Shown here piece by piece: positions 10,847 to 23,377 of a stretch of DNA of 64,000 bases. The position numbers and the translations under genes were made by a program. The notes below the pieces were generated by a model. It saw only the letters and a program-made list of their open reading frames with translations. It was not told where the DNA came from and did not search any database. Positions within the stretch are counted from its first letter, which is position 1, and the number at the start of each line of letters is the position of its first letter. Origin of the DNA: Octopus sinensis (lineage: Eukaryota); contig NW_021836151.1 of NCBI RefSeq assembly GCF_006345805.1, forward strand, positions 183,743-247,742, read 5' to 3'.

Positions 10847-12113
10847 ATGGACGTGGAAGAGAATGAGCTTGAATTTAACAAATCTGCTTACGAGATGTAC
10901 CACACCTTTGATACAGGTACTCCTCTACTAATTGGAAGGGGAATCCTGCCTATCATTCGACTTTATTAACTCAGATACTTCAAAAACGTGTTCTTCCTAT
11001 CCACAGAACTGTCTAATGGTGTGTGGCACTCAAGCACCACCAGAATACCCAAATTATATAAACATAATGCACATGACTGGACTAACCCAAATTGAGGACT
11101 CCTCTGAGTCAGAGGACGACACTACAGACCCCCCAAATGTGAATTGTGTTTCGATTATTCACGAAGGGACCGTCAATCGTCTAAGGGTACCCTCTATAGT
11201 ACTAAAGTAGACCAAACGTGTCTTCAATTCTCAGTTTGTGGCCACTTTTTCTGCCAATTCGTGTGTAAATGTGTATGATGTGACCGATTCAGTCCAGGCA
11301 GTCACTCAGTAAGTCAATTCCAGTCCATTTGGCAGAAAAAGGCAGAATCCGTTGGGGATAAAACCTTTTTATTCATATCGAGGACATTCCACGGAGGGAT
11401 ATGCCCTGGATTGGTCTCCCCTTATACCCGGTTGGTCTAATATAGCCTAAAATAAGGACAAATGATAAGTGGGGATTGCAATGGGATGATTTGTTTGTGG
11501 CAGTTACGGAATTGTGGTGATTTTAGCGTGGAGAGTCCTCAGTGGTGTGGCCACTCTGCCTCAGTGGAGGATGTTCAGTACAGTCCGAGGGATGCCTCAG
11601 TGAGACTGTCCTCTCTACTTAGGTATTTGTGTCATGTTCAGTCGACCGGTCTATCACAATGTGGGATATCAGAAAACAAGGGAAATGTGTGGATATTAGT
11701 CCTGCTCATAATTTGGATGTGAATGTGATTAGTTTCCACAGACATGACCCACTTATTCTATCAGGAGGGGACGAAGGGGGACTTAAGGTGTGGGATATTC
11801 GACAGACGGAGGTGGGTGGTGGTATTCACGGTAGAGTCCTCTGGTGGAGTGGGCGTGGTATGACTCCCCCATTACTAGTGTGGAGTGGAATGAGGTGGAT
11901 CCCACTGTATTTGCTGCCTCCTGTGATAAGTGCATTTCGATTTGGGACTATGAGGCTGTTAGAGAGGGAGAGGAGACTGAGGATGTGCCTTCTCAGTTGT
12001 TGTTTGAGCATAGAGGGTTGAGGGATGTTAAGGAAGTACATTGGTGGAAAGAGGGGTTTCTTGGAGGCATTTCTGTTGAGGGATTTGATATTTTTAAAAC
12101 TATTTCGGCTTAA
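10847..12113 (+). CDS. GRWD1: Glutamate-rich WD repeat protein 1 (Rrb1)
   Basis: SAYEMYHTFDTGESCLSFD N-terminus, GHSTEGYALDWSP, GHSASVEDVQYSP, PSQLLFEHRG..VKEVHW. 22-27 nt GT-AG introns. Confidence 0.93.
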
Positions 12114-12163
12114 TTATTTTTAAATTTATTATGTTGTTAAGTTGTTTAAATTTGCCTGAAAAA

Positions 12164-13103
12164 ATGGAAATAAAATTGATATCCAATGGACTGCTTTATG
12201 TGGAGGAAGTTCAGGGTCTTTCGTTAGGCCAACTCTCCCACAGTTTGTTATAATAATTAAGGCAAGGAGTGGGATATATGACTGAGGAGGAGTATAAATC
12301 ACTGCAGTCAGTCATTGAGGACAAATTGACTCCTCCCAAGTACCCATTCTTCACCAACGCGTTTGAAATTCTACTGAAGGAGGGCAACAAACAGAAAATA
12401 TCAACCCACTCCACCAACATTGACCATCTTCTAGACGGGGGAATTCCTTTTGGAAAAGTAGTGGAAATTTGTGGAGGACCAGGCACTGGAAAGACTCAAT
12501 TCTGGTTATTTTAACTCACAGCAGTTGCAGTCATCAACTCTGCATTTCTTTATTCGAGGCTGGACTTGAGAAAACTCTTTTTGTGGATCCTCAGGGAACA
12601 TTAATGGCAGACAGACTGGTGGAGATGGGAGGCAGTGCTGTCTTGGACTCAATTCACGTGTCTAATCCCTCTTCTTATGAGGAGATGACTAACATGCTTA
12701 CTTCACTGTTAGATGTCTCCTTCAATGACTTCAAACTTATAATAATCGACAACTTGACTTTGCTGTTTTGTCAGGATGTGGACAAATCAGTAAAATTGTC
12801 TATTTTGGCTGATATTTTGACTAATCTGGCAATAAGCAAAGATATAGCTGTATTTGTGTGATGATTAGTAAGGTGGTGGTTACCAATTGGAATGCGAGAA
12901 GGAGGACTGGGGATGTAATATATACTATTCCTGCCTTGGGGGAAACATGGAGGAGAGCTGTCGGTTATAGACTTGTCCTCGACATTACTAAGCTCAATTA
13001 TGATGGACAAGTCAGGCAGGCCAGACGTTGCCTTCTTGATAAATCACCCGAAGGAAGAAGAACCAGCTGGAATTACTTTTGTATTACGGTTGGGTTGTAT
13101 TGA
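12164..13103 (+). CDS. RAD51 paralogue (RAD51C/D-like)
   Basis: STHSTNIDHLLDGGIPFGKVVEICGGPGTGKTQ (Walker A), LIIIDN (Walker B), PALGETW. First intron boundary uncertain. Confidence 0.85.
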
Positions 13104-13204
13104 ATACTCTCCAGGACAAAGGAATATGCGATGGTTGATTACTCATTTCAGTTGTTTTCAATAAAATTAATTCTTTGCTTATAAAATAGTTTAATAGTCA
13201 AAAT

Positions 13205-13400
13205 TAAATCCAGTCATCGATGTTTATAGCAGGTTTGCATTTGTCAGACTACTTTTTTTATAAATCTTCAAAAGAAGTATGCAGCAACTTAAGATCACTT
13301 TTCTACCTATATGGACCTTGCAAAATTGTGCAATCAGATAATGATTCAGAATTAAAGAAAATAAACAATTCAATTCAGTGGAAGACTGTCAAATCCTTTA
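13205..13400 (+). pseudogene. DDE integrase core relic (Ginger/Gypsy-like)
   Basis: IDVYSRFAF...LYGPCKIVQSDN carries the first two catalytic Asp motifs. Confidence 0.75.
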
Positions 13401-14779
13401 CTCTGAAATTAGACAGAAATATGCCTGTAGGATCTCCCAGCTCTCAATCAGACTGTCGGCTTCAAAGACAGACTTTTCGGACAGGCCAATGCTTCCTTAT
13501 AAGAATATCCCAAAGCCCTCACAACCGACGCACTCTTCAAAACTGTCATTTCAACAAAACTCGAATGGTCCATAGAGACTAAACTACACACATGACAGTA
13601 AAAATAAAAAATTTTTAGAATCACATTCGAAAACCATTTCTAGGAGGACATCCAATGTCAAATCCATGTATTTTGTCACTCCTGTCCGACTAAAAGTCTC
13701 CAAATCATCGGACATGTCCGGAGCCGAGAATTTGAATTCTTTTCCAATATGTTTTGCCATAAACAACGCCCTTCATTTCCTCGTAGCAATACAATCAAGC
13801 ATTTGCTGGAAATAAGTCTAAAAATCCAACCGGACTGGATCGAGACCAACAAAGAGAGTCTTCAATCACCGAATCCAAGTCCCCTCCAAGTGACTCAATC
13901 AATTTGACCTTCTAAGCAACCGCATGTGCTGTACACCCAGTCAAAGTTGGAGTCCGATAACAAAATTCCAAAGCAAGGGAATAACTTTCGAACTTATAAA
14001 TCTATAATTAGTCAAAAAGTGACTTTTAAAGGCTTGGATAGAAGTGAGAAAATTTAGAATCTGTTCGACAATCCACAGTGGAGAATATCCTCGACTGAAC
14101 CGACACTGAAAAATGTCCAATTTTTATCGCTAGATTGAGAAGAGCCTTCATTCAGTACCGCACAACAAGAGACACATGAACAGTAAATGTATTTAAATTA
14201 TTAATTTTTAAAAAATGTCAGTAATGAATTTAAACTTTGGTGTTTTGACGACTTTTAGAATTTGTTTTTTTATGTTTTGTGGCCATGAACATTTGATTTC
14301 CAGGCGAGAGCTTTTTAATCTTATTTCGTGATAGATTCTGTTTCTTTGATTTCTTAGCTCTCTTTTATTTTCCGGATTTTCGATATTCGATGTTTCTTTG
14401 CTGAGTTCCCTTAAAAATTGGGAATTTATAGCCGTTACTACAGAGAAGGAAAAACACCAGGAAACTCGGATCTGCCGACTCAAAAGATATTACACGACGG
14501 AAAATATTAGCCATAATATCATTTCAAAAATTACAAATTCATGCGAAGATTTGCCTCATATAAAATACTGAGTTTGAAAAAATAACTGACATTACTATAA
14601 ATGTAGGTTCTCCCTACTCACAGCCTGCCGCTAATTCATCAGGGACTTTGGAATAGTATTAGTTTAACTTTTCACTTTTATGTGACTTTTAACAAACAAG
14701 ATGAACCAATTGCTCTTTCCATTTACGATATTTTTTCAAAAAGGGTATTTAAATATTTAGCGCAAACAAAACCATAGTT

Positions 14780-15897
14780 TGACTTAGTAAATATCATTTT
14801 AAGATTTATATGTAAAGAAAGCAAAACTGCTCAGAAACTCTACATGCCCTCCAACCAACAGGAACGATCGTCCAAACGTTCAAAAAGAACGTCAAGTCAC
14901 GCTCAAGCAATGCAGAGTATGGAACATCATCACAGCTTTGTGTAAGAACAATTTTGATGAACGTTCTTTCAAGGCAAACTTTAGAAATAATCCCTAGAAG
15001 TATAGCCTTACAATTGCAAAAATTGGAAATTTTAAGTTATTCACGTCTTTTAGTTAAAAAATATAAATTATTTTAAAGGGTTAATAAGTAATAATTATTT
15101 TTCCAACTTATTGATAAACATTTAAATATAAATATTGATACTAAAGAAATATTTTAAATAATTGTTTATTTTCAGTCTTCCACTGGTCAAGTATTCGAAA
15201 GCTTCATGGACGAGAAGCCGACGCGATCGAGAAAGAATTAGAGCGTCCTATCGCAAGGGATATCCGCTCGAAAAACCATCTTGATTAAGGCATTGTTGCA
15301 GGTTATAAGTATAAAATTATGTTTTAGAATATATTAAAAATCATTTTGAAAATTCAGAGATTTGTTCAAATTTAGACTCAATTGAAAATTCAAGTATTTT
15401 AACTTTGAATTTATATTTAGGCGATTCCAAGTCCAAAAAAATTCAAATTTTATTTAAATCCGATTGATGGAAACTCAGCCTACTATAAAGCAATGAATAG
15501 GAAAATGAATGTCCACAATAGTAAATACGAATCTAGTGTCGGAGATAAAGTTTAGATAAAAAATTATAGATAGGTTCGAGTTAAAAAAGATTATGGAACA
15601 AACCCTTCGTTGCGGTTGGATAAATTCGAGTCTCCATTCTATCCGACCGCTGAGATAATTAAAATTTTATCAAATAATCGAGTCGAGGTAAATCAATCAT
15701 TTTTATTTAATAGATAAAATATGCTAAAGGAGAGATATGGACGGTACCAATGGCAAGACAAAAAATGATTAATTTTAATTTTTTGTTAAAATGCATTATT
15801 CTTTCAAGTGAAGAAAAAAAAATTAAAAAAAATAATTGACATCACAAGGTCAAAAATGTAACCGGTTGCCCATGCGTATCCAGCCGCCCATGTCACA
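14780..15897 (+). mobile_element. Ginger-like integrase DNA transposon 3' part with micro-introns and right end
   Basis: Degenerate ER.VQTFKK and STG..HGRE segments. Spliced GDK|VRVKKDY...ILSNNRVE|IKY is the SH3-like C-terminal module of integrases. Ends in ...TGTCACA (TGT-type terminus). Matching left end not found. Confidence 0.6.
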
Positions 15898-15984
15898 TAT
15901 TATAAAAATAAATAAAAAACATAGGTTTTTGAATGTTATAAAAAAAACAACAATGTTTAATAAAAATTAATTATCTTAAATTAT

Positions 15985-16463
15985 TTAAGAATCCATATCG
16001 TCAGTGATTTCTCTTCTTCGCTTGGAAGAAGAGTTTGCAACAAAATTCTCATCATTTTCCATTTCTGCGTCAAAGTAATTGTTTAGCTGAGTGTCCTCAC
16101 GACATGCCAGCTCCGCAAGTTGATTGGCGGCAGAGGCGTACTCCTCGTTGTCTACCTTCATCCCATGTCTGTGTTCAATAAGCATACTCTCTAGAGTCCT
16201 CTTCAGCACAACCGACTGGATGTATGTCCTCGTTCCTTCTTCAATGGATAACTTGTCCATATGACTTTTAAAAAACTTTGAGACAACTCCATCCCATGTC
16301 AAGGTGTCACTCGAGTCGAGGAAATAGGCCATTCGGGGAGTTGTGGGTACTGCAGAAAGTGACTGTCGTGTGGCTAAAGGGGGAAGTCCTCGGTCTCCTG
16401 TGTGATGGGGAAGTAGAAGAAGTCGTCAAAGGAATAACGGGAATTGATTCCGTCATCTTCCAT
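15985..16463 (-). mobile_element. RLE-type non-LTR retrotransposon C-terminal fragment fused to an unrelated N-terminus
   Basis: TWDGVVSKFFK...TYIQSVVLKRTLE resembles the end of restriction-like endonuclease domains. One extra C in the C5 run (plus-strand G run 16379-16383) would join ATG 16463 into a 159-aa frame. Confidence 0.5.
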
Positions 16464-16472
16464 GACCTAAAC

Positions 16473-17069
16473 ATATTCGAATAACAATCATCTCAACCGC
16501 GGCCCGCCACAATTTTGGTGCGGCCCGATTAAAATTATGAAAATATATTAAATATTTTTTGTTTTTATATTAAATATTTTGTACATTAATGTTTAAATAA
16601 TATTGTTTGTGATGTCTGAAGTAGAAAAATTATTCATGAAAATCGTGCATTTAACCCCGAATGGGAGGAAAAATTTTTTGTTTTTGAAGAAAATGGTAAC
16701 GTACATTGCCTAATTCGAAACACGTTTTAATGATTTTAAAGAAGCTCTACCTATTATGAAAATATTTTCGTCACCTATGGAAACAGATGCTGCAACCGCT
16801 CCATACATAAAACTTACCCAAATAAAAACAAAGTATCGAAATCGATTGACTGATGGACACCTAAATCAACTTTTACGCACATCGTGTTCGACTTTTACTC
16901 CCTGTTTCGACAAAATAATAGACGCCAAACAGAATCAAGTCTCGCATTGATTTTTATAACTTAATAAAGCCTTCTTTTCATTAATAACATAAAATATTTT
17001 TTGTCCGGCCCGCAAAGATATTCTTAATTATCGATTTGGCCCATGAGCTAAAAAGGTTGAGAACCCCTG
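16473..17069 (+). mobile_element. Internally deleted SPIN/GTF2IRD2-like hAT element (about 0.6 kb)
   Basis: N-terminal RAFNPEWEEKFF and C-terminal KTKYRNRLTDGHLNQLLR...QNQVSH. 3' TIR ggttgagaacccctg. Probable TSD acctaaac / atctaaac. Left TIR damaged. Confidence 0.85.
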
Positions 17070-17227
17070 ATCTAAACACTACTAAAATAAAAAACATAGG
17101 TTTTAATGTTATAAAAATAAATAAGGTTTAAAATCCATCATTCTTGAACTCAAAATTAATTCTCTGCTTATAAAATAGTCTAAAATAACATAGGTTTTTG
17201 AATATTATAAAAATAAATAAATAAAGT

Positions 17228-19111
17228 TTAAAATCCATCATAATCCTGCTCAGCATCAAAATCATCCAAATCTAGAAATGACAATCCACCAAAGACCCCT
17301 ATCAAAGTCGTCGTACTCTACAACTATTAGAACTAACACTACCAACCTTCCTCGTCCCCCTTCAACTCATGTTTGACACCATCATCCCCCTACCATACCA
17401 CCATTCCACTACCGTCACGACTGGAGCATTCAACATCTCCACATCTTCTTCCTCGCTCAGTTTTTTCACCTTCTCTGTAGGAAGAGTGAATGAATCGAGT
17501 CCCTCAATACACGACATTGGCAATCCTTTCCTCTTTACTGCCTCCGCCATTGCCTGGCCTGCAGTCTCAAACTTCATGGCAGAAATTGGCTGGGATTATC
17601 CACACTGACAAACCTGCTGCTTTCGCTTACAAGAAGCCCGTTTTCTGCGCGAATTGAGTCCAACCTGATTCTGCTGTTTTATCCGCTCTCTTTCCTCCCT
17701 TTTCCCTGGAAGTATAAAAACTGGAGGGAACTGGTCATTTCGACTATAAACTCGGAATATTCGGCTTCCCAAATCCGCCTTTTGGTCTCCACTTCCTCCA
17801 GACTGTTCAGAACTTGAGCGATTTCGTCATCGTCGACGTCTGCCAAGTCAGTCTCCACCATTTCGCTGACTGACTGTTCGTTTGGAGGCGGCTTAAAGGC
17901 CAGCAAATCCTCGACTGACTCATTCAATCCCAATTCCGCAGTCGTTGCCAACTTTAATGATTCTTCCGTGGGGAAAACAGGAATTTCAGTCGTAAATTTC
18001 TCCTGGTCGATCAAATATTCCAATTCTTGACTGATTTCCTCAACTTTTTGTGATATTTGTTCCATTTGCACTTTTTTGACTTTTTTCCATTAAATTGAGG
18101 AATGCTGGGCTTCAGACAGTCCTCTTCGCTGATTTCCATATTTTTGAACTTTTTGACAGTCCACTCTCCAAAATCCGTGTTTTTGAACTCACACAAACGC
18201 TTCTCCACAGTCTCCGGCCTCAGACCCACCATGGCCGCCACATCACGGAAATCGCGGTTTATTCCGTGAAGCAAACAAGCCACAATCAAAGCAGCAGCAC
18301 AAACCCCCACAGGCTTCCTTCCAATGGCAATCCAGTTGATTTGCATTGCTTTTATAATCTTGACAGCAAAGCAAGTCACTGTGTACAAATTGGTCCCCAA
18401 ATTCATTTCTTCCGCGAACCTTGAACAGTAAATTGAGGGATCTACGTCGAAAATAAAACTTACCATCAACCGGGAAGACCAGCTGTTCGTTTTTTGTCAA
18501 CATCAACAGAATGCGGTACAATCCGTTGATATCCGTCCGCAAAATCTCGCTAAAATCCAACAACATGTCTAAAACTGAGAATTGAGAAATAAACGTGGTG
18601 TTTTGTGAACACGGCAGCCAATGTAGAGACAAACCCCCACAAAATGAGTCAACTTCTTCCCGAGAGTGTATCCTTTGGAGGAAAATAGTTGGAAGTTCTT
18701 CATTGCGTGTTTCTCCACGTTGGACGGGATGTGTAATTTATAGACCAAGGCATGGGACATTGCTTTTACTGAAAATTCGAGTTTATAAATTACCCCTCAT
18801 CAGAGACTTTTCCTTGGAGATTGCCTTTGTGTTCAAAATCCGGCCCAACTTGCCTGTGGCTCCAGTATCGCCTGGAATGCTGAGATGGGATTGAAACCGC
18901 TTTTAGAGACGACTTGTCCGAGGGCCACACATCGGCCGGAGGAGAGTTCTTGGAACTCGACTTCGTCTGAGAGTAGCAGTTTGTTCACGACACAGCCACA
19001 GTTTATGCAGGTGGTTATTCCTGTATTTTTAAATAGCTCCAAATCTGTCATCCCGCATTCTGGACATTTGGACTTTTGCTCTATTTGTGAGTTTAAAGCA
19101 ATACCAGACAT
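17228..19111 (-). CDS. BRF1: TFIIIB subunit BRF1
   Basis: Zn ribbon CPECG..CINCG, cyclin repeats (TPH|MLLDFS, DPSIYCSRFA, GRKPVGVCAAAL), homology blocks DVDDDEI..KRRIWEA and acidic tail. Several apparent indel errors. Confidence 0.93.
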
Positions 19112-19332
19112 GCCAACAAAACCAAACTTTGTAAACAATCTATTAATTTTAAATATAAAAATTAATTCTTTTTAAAGTATTAAATAAACACCTGATTGGT
19201 ATAATCATTAAACCACTCATTTGGATTTACCTGGGTTCGAATCTCAAAGTGATCATTTTTCATGTTTTATATTCGCCTCAAAAAGTAACTAATTTTTTGC
19301 AAAAACTGTGTCAATAAAAACATAGAAAAATT

Positions 19333-21214
19333 TTATTTGAACATTGAAAGTTCATATGGTTTAGAAATCCAAAAACCAAGATCATTTTCAATCAAATTAT
19401 TTTTGAATTCTCTCATATTATCATTATAGACTGTATTCATATTTTTAGCATCATAATAAGTAGAATATCCCAAAAAAGTTTTCTTTTTTGACAGTTTCAA
19501 AATATCATCAAAATCCTTAAAAAATTCTTTTTTGCTTAATCTACTCGGAATATTCCTCATTGGGATGGTCGAACAGGAATCGACATTGCTTGTCCTATAT
19601 GTGGCCAAACCAGTCATTCCATCGACCGATTCGAGATCTTTGCATCCCGAAAACCAGTTTAGACTAAATCTCTGCAATTTTTGAGGTTTCAAAATTTTGT
19701 CGGTATTAATAATATGTATTTTCAAATCCCCTGACGGAGCATATCTTCCCATAAACGCCTGAAACATGTCCTCCTTTTCAATAAACGTAACTATTTCTTA
19801 ATCGTTCAATGCACCCACCAATAGTCACGGAACTCAAAAACATGGGCTTCACAAAATTCCCCAATAGAGATCCCTGAATGCCCAGAACATTCCATTTCAG
19901 AATCTTATCTGAACAGGACATAGTCAAAAGTCTATTCCCCTCAAATATCCCGTCCCAAGTTTGTAGAACATTGCTCAACGAATCCTTCGTCCCTTCTCCT
20001 ACAATTCACCTTAAAATAAATCACCCCTCTCTATTTTAGTCCTTAGTCTCTTAGGACACTCCATCTCTTCCGAATCCTCTCTAAACATTGTTTTATTTTG
20101 TAATACAATTTCCATATTTTGGAAGCCACCCCACACGGAATGCTACTCACATACAAATGAAGTCGAAAGTTTTCCCGTAACTGAAATAGCGGGCCACTTT
20201 CTAGTTTAAAATGACGAGGCATAACTCCGGTTGTGTAAAACTGTTTTATTTCCGAATAAACAAATCTAAAACAAATATTTAAAACTGACTTGAGAAAGGC
20301 TCTCCTTGCAATCACTTCTGCGTGACTGTCGAGAATGCAAGTTCCGTTGAGAGTAAGAAACTCTCCCACAATATGATTATTCCCAGTTCCGATGGCAATG
20401 GTCTCCATTTGGCCAGTTTCTGTATCTAAATTATTTTTAAGAATAATAAAATGACACCTTCGATGACTATTCCGGCCAACATTCTGTTCCCGAGGGCATA
20501 TTGGGGGTTGAGCAGAATAAATTGGTGATAAATCTCCTCGCAGTTGTAGGCGATTTTTCTGCCCATGTCCTCAGCCACCTCTTCCGGGGACAAGTGCAGG
20601 ATATTCGACTAAACTTAACCTAATCAACTACTTTATTTAAATTAATAAGATATGTGAGAGCTTCCTCCATACATTTTCGTTTTGTGATTTTTTTAGTTAT
20701 TCCAGTCGCGCTTGAAACGAGTTGTGATTCTATATATAGAGTCCCGTCATAGCTAGAATATTCCATGTTTAATAAACCCATAAAAACATGATTTTTTACA
20801 TTCAAAATCGACGGAGATTTTTCTCATTCCACAATATTCTACTAAAATGGAGGCAGAGTTGTGAATCGTGTCTTTGGCTGTCTCTTCTAAATTACATATT
20901 TTTTGATTTGAATATTTTTTAGTTAAAAGTATACAAACCGTCAATTTTGTAATTTATTACATAATTTTTTTTATTCAATTTATTAATGGCGTGTAAAGCA
21001 GCTTTCAATTTCATTTCTTTTTTGGAGAATCCAATTGCCATTTCACAGTCAGAACCGTCTATTTCATAATATATTCCAAGGTTCAGTGGTGGAAAATTTA
21101 TTAGCTTTTCTTTTAATTTAACTATTATTTTTGGATTGTATTAAAAGTACGATTTAATTTGTGTTTTAAGCAAAACTCGGTCAGAATGTTGATTGGACTT
21201 CTGGAATTAGACAT
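19333..21214 (-). CDS. ADAR: dsRNA adenosine deaminase, ADAR2-like (2 dsRBDs plus deaminase)
   Basis: dsRBD motifs (PINILTEF...[12 protein letters not shown]). Deaminase [20 protein letters not shown]|GEGT, TMSCSDK. Confidence 0.92.
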
Positions 21215-21947
21215 ATAAGTAACAATTCCAGATGTGACCTTTATTGTTACAACAAAAATTGTAACAAATGTATTTTATTCAATATCATGTTAGCCTCATT
21301 AAATATATTAAAAATTGGGTATTATAATTTTTAATAAACTAAATAAATTTTAAAATTTTTATTATCCATTTCGGTACTTGTGCATTACATGCATCAAGAA
21401 ATAAGGCTTGAAATGTGCCCCGATCAAATAAAGACAGAGCTATACATATTTTCATTCACAAATAAAATATCTTAATTGATCAGTAAGTTACATAAATAAC
21501 GCAGAAACGTCACTCATAAATGTCAAAAGTCCAAGAATTCGAGTTTAAAACGAAATTATTAAAGTTTTATAAGCATTAACGTTTTCAGAAAGTAACTAAG
21601 AGCTGTGTTGTTGAAATTAAGTGGAAACTGAAAATGTTATTGCATTATTAATTCAGTTTATTTATCAATACTCATTATTCTTATGTTTATTGATTCTTTC
21701 AATTTTTTTATTCAACAAAATGATTTGAAAATATTAATAGTGAATAGGATTTTTTATACAATTAAACCTTTTTTGTACAAATCTTTTTAATTTCTCTATG
21801 AATGAAAGATACAAATTTTGATGTGAATTTTATGATTGGAATTCGCAGCTTCACAGCAATCACGAATTTTGGATTTAATATTATTTAAGTAATAAATCAT
21901 TATTAATAAAATAATTTCTAATAAATATTTATTTCAATTTGTTGTGA

Positions 21948-23377
21948 ATGCGGAATGATGACCCGTTGTGAAACAAATAATAAATAATTAGAATCCACAA
22001 GAAATCACCCTCCCTATTCAGTTACTCAAGCGGCTACACAGACTTCCGAGGACTGATCACACTGGCCTTCATTTTGCTGGTTATATCATCCCTACGGTTC
22101 GTCATTGACAACATAAAAACGTATTTTCTTTATATATACAAAGCTATGGCCTGATTGGGAGTCCTGTCGTAACTTTTGTGGTATTAATTAACAAAGAACA
22201 AAAAGCATATTTATTTATTATTCTTTTACGTTGTATTTTTTGTTGCATTTATTTAGAGTGTCTTGCCTCGATATTACTCACATTCCTACTAGAAATATAC
22301 TTGATAAATGTAATATTTTATTTAATAAATTATAGAATAAAAAATTTGAAAAATATATAAATATAATTCATGCAATTAATTTAATATCTTTCCTTGTAAT
22401 TCCGGCTGGGATAATAATCGAACAATCTCCCACTCCCCTGGTGTCCTTTATCACCACGTTTTTCGTTTCCGTGGGTTTTCTCAAACTATATTCGTACATC
22501 CGCGTCAATTCCTGGTGTCGTAACGGAATTGTCTTCGAGGAGACATCCTCAGGCATAAAAAGAATAATTTCTCCAAAAGTTGCTGTATCCTCGACTTTGG
22601 TGGAATATCCTTCCAATCTGACCGCACGTGACCTCATTTATTTCATGTTGTCCCCCACTTTGTGTTACGAACTTAACTATCCGTGCAAACGCGGAATCAG
22701 TTTTGTATTCCTTGGGAAAAGATTGTTTGAAGTGGTGGTGTTGTTATATTTGATTGTGTTCCTCATCCAGCAGTGGTTGCAGCCTGTGTTGTATCAAACC
22801 ACAAAAATCACTCAAATTCCGTGGAAAGTTATAAAAATAGCAATTCACAACCATATGATTCATTTGGTTGGGTTTTATTGGTTTTTTCACTCCTGTCTTA
22901 ACTTTATGGCCGAATTGTTGGGGTTTGAAGATCGGGCTTTTTATGGGGCGTGGTGGTTGGTGGTGTTGTGTGAGGACATTTAGGAATAGTCCTGGGCTTC
23001 GTACGTTTTGGAAGACTTGGAATTTGCCTGTTTATAGATGGGCCTACAGACATATTTACAGGTCACTTGTATGTCGGGGATATTCCCGAAGGATGGCTTC
23101 CTGTGCTGTATTTTTGGTATCGGCTTTCTTCCACGAAGTATTTGTTTGTAATATTGTAGTATTTGGTGAGTGTGCCTCTCAATTTGTTCAGGGTTTCAGC
23201 TTTTCTGTCAATGTTGTCACAAGTATTGTTTTTTTACGAGATTAGGTGCCGCAAATATATTTGACTGATAAGTACTGTTCTCCGTTGGTGGGGAATGTTA
23301 TCATGTGGCTTAATCTTATTGTGGGAGTCCCCTTCATTATGACTTTCTATATCTATGACTATTCTTCTCCTAATTAA
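21948..23377 (+). CDS. DGAT1: Diacylglycerol O-acyltransferase 1
   Basis: SLFSYSSGYTDFRG, SPTLCYELNYP, FEDRAFYGAWWNS, FWKTWNLPVYRW, SAFFHEY. Confidence 0.93.
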
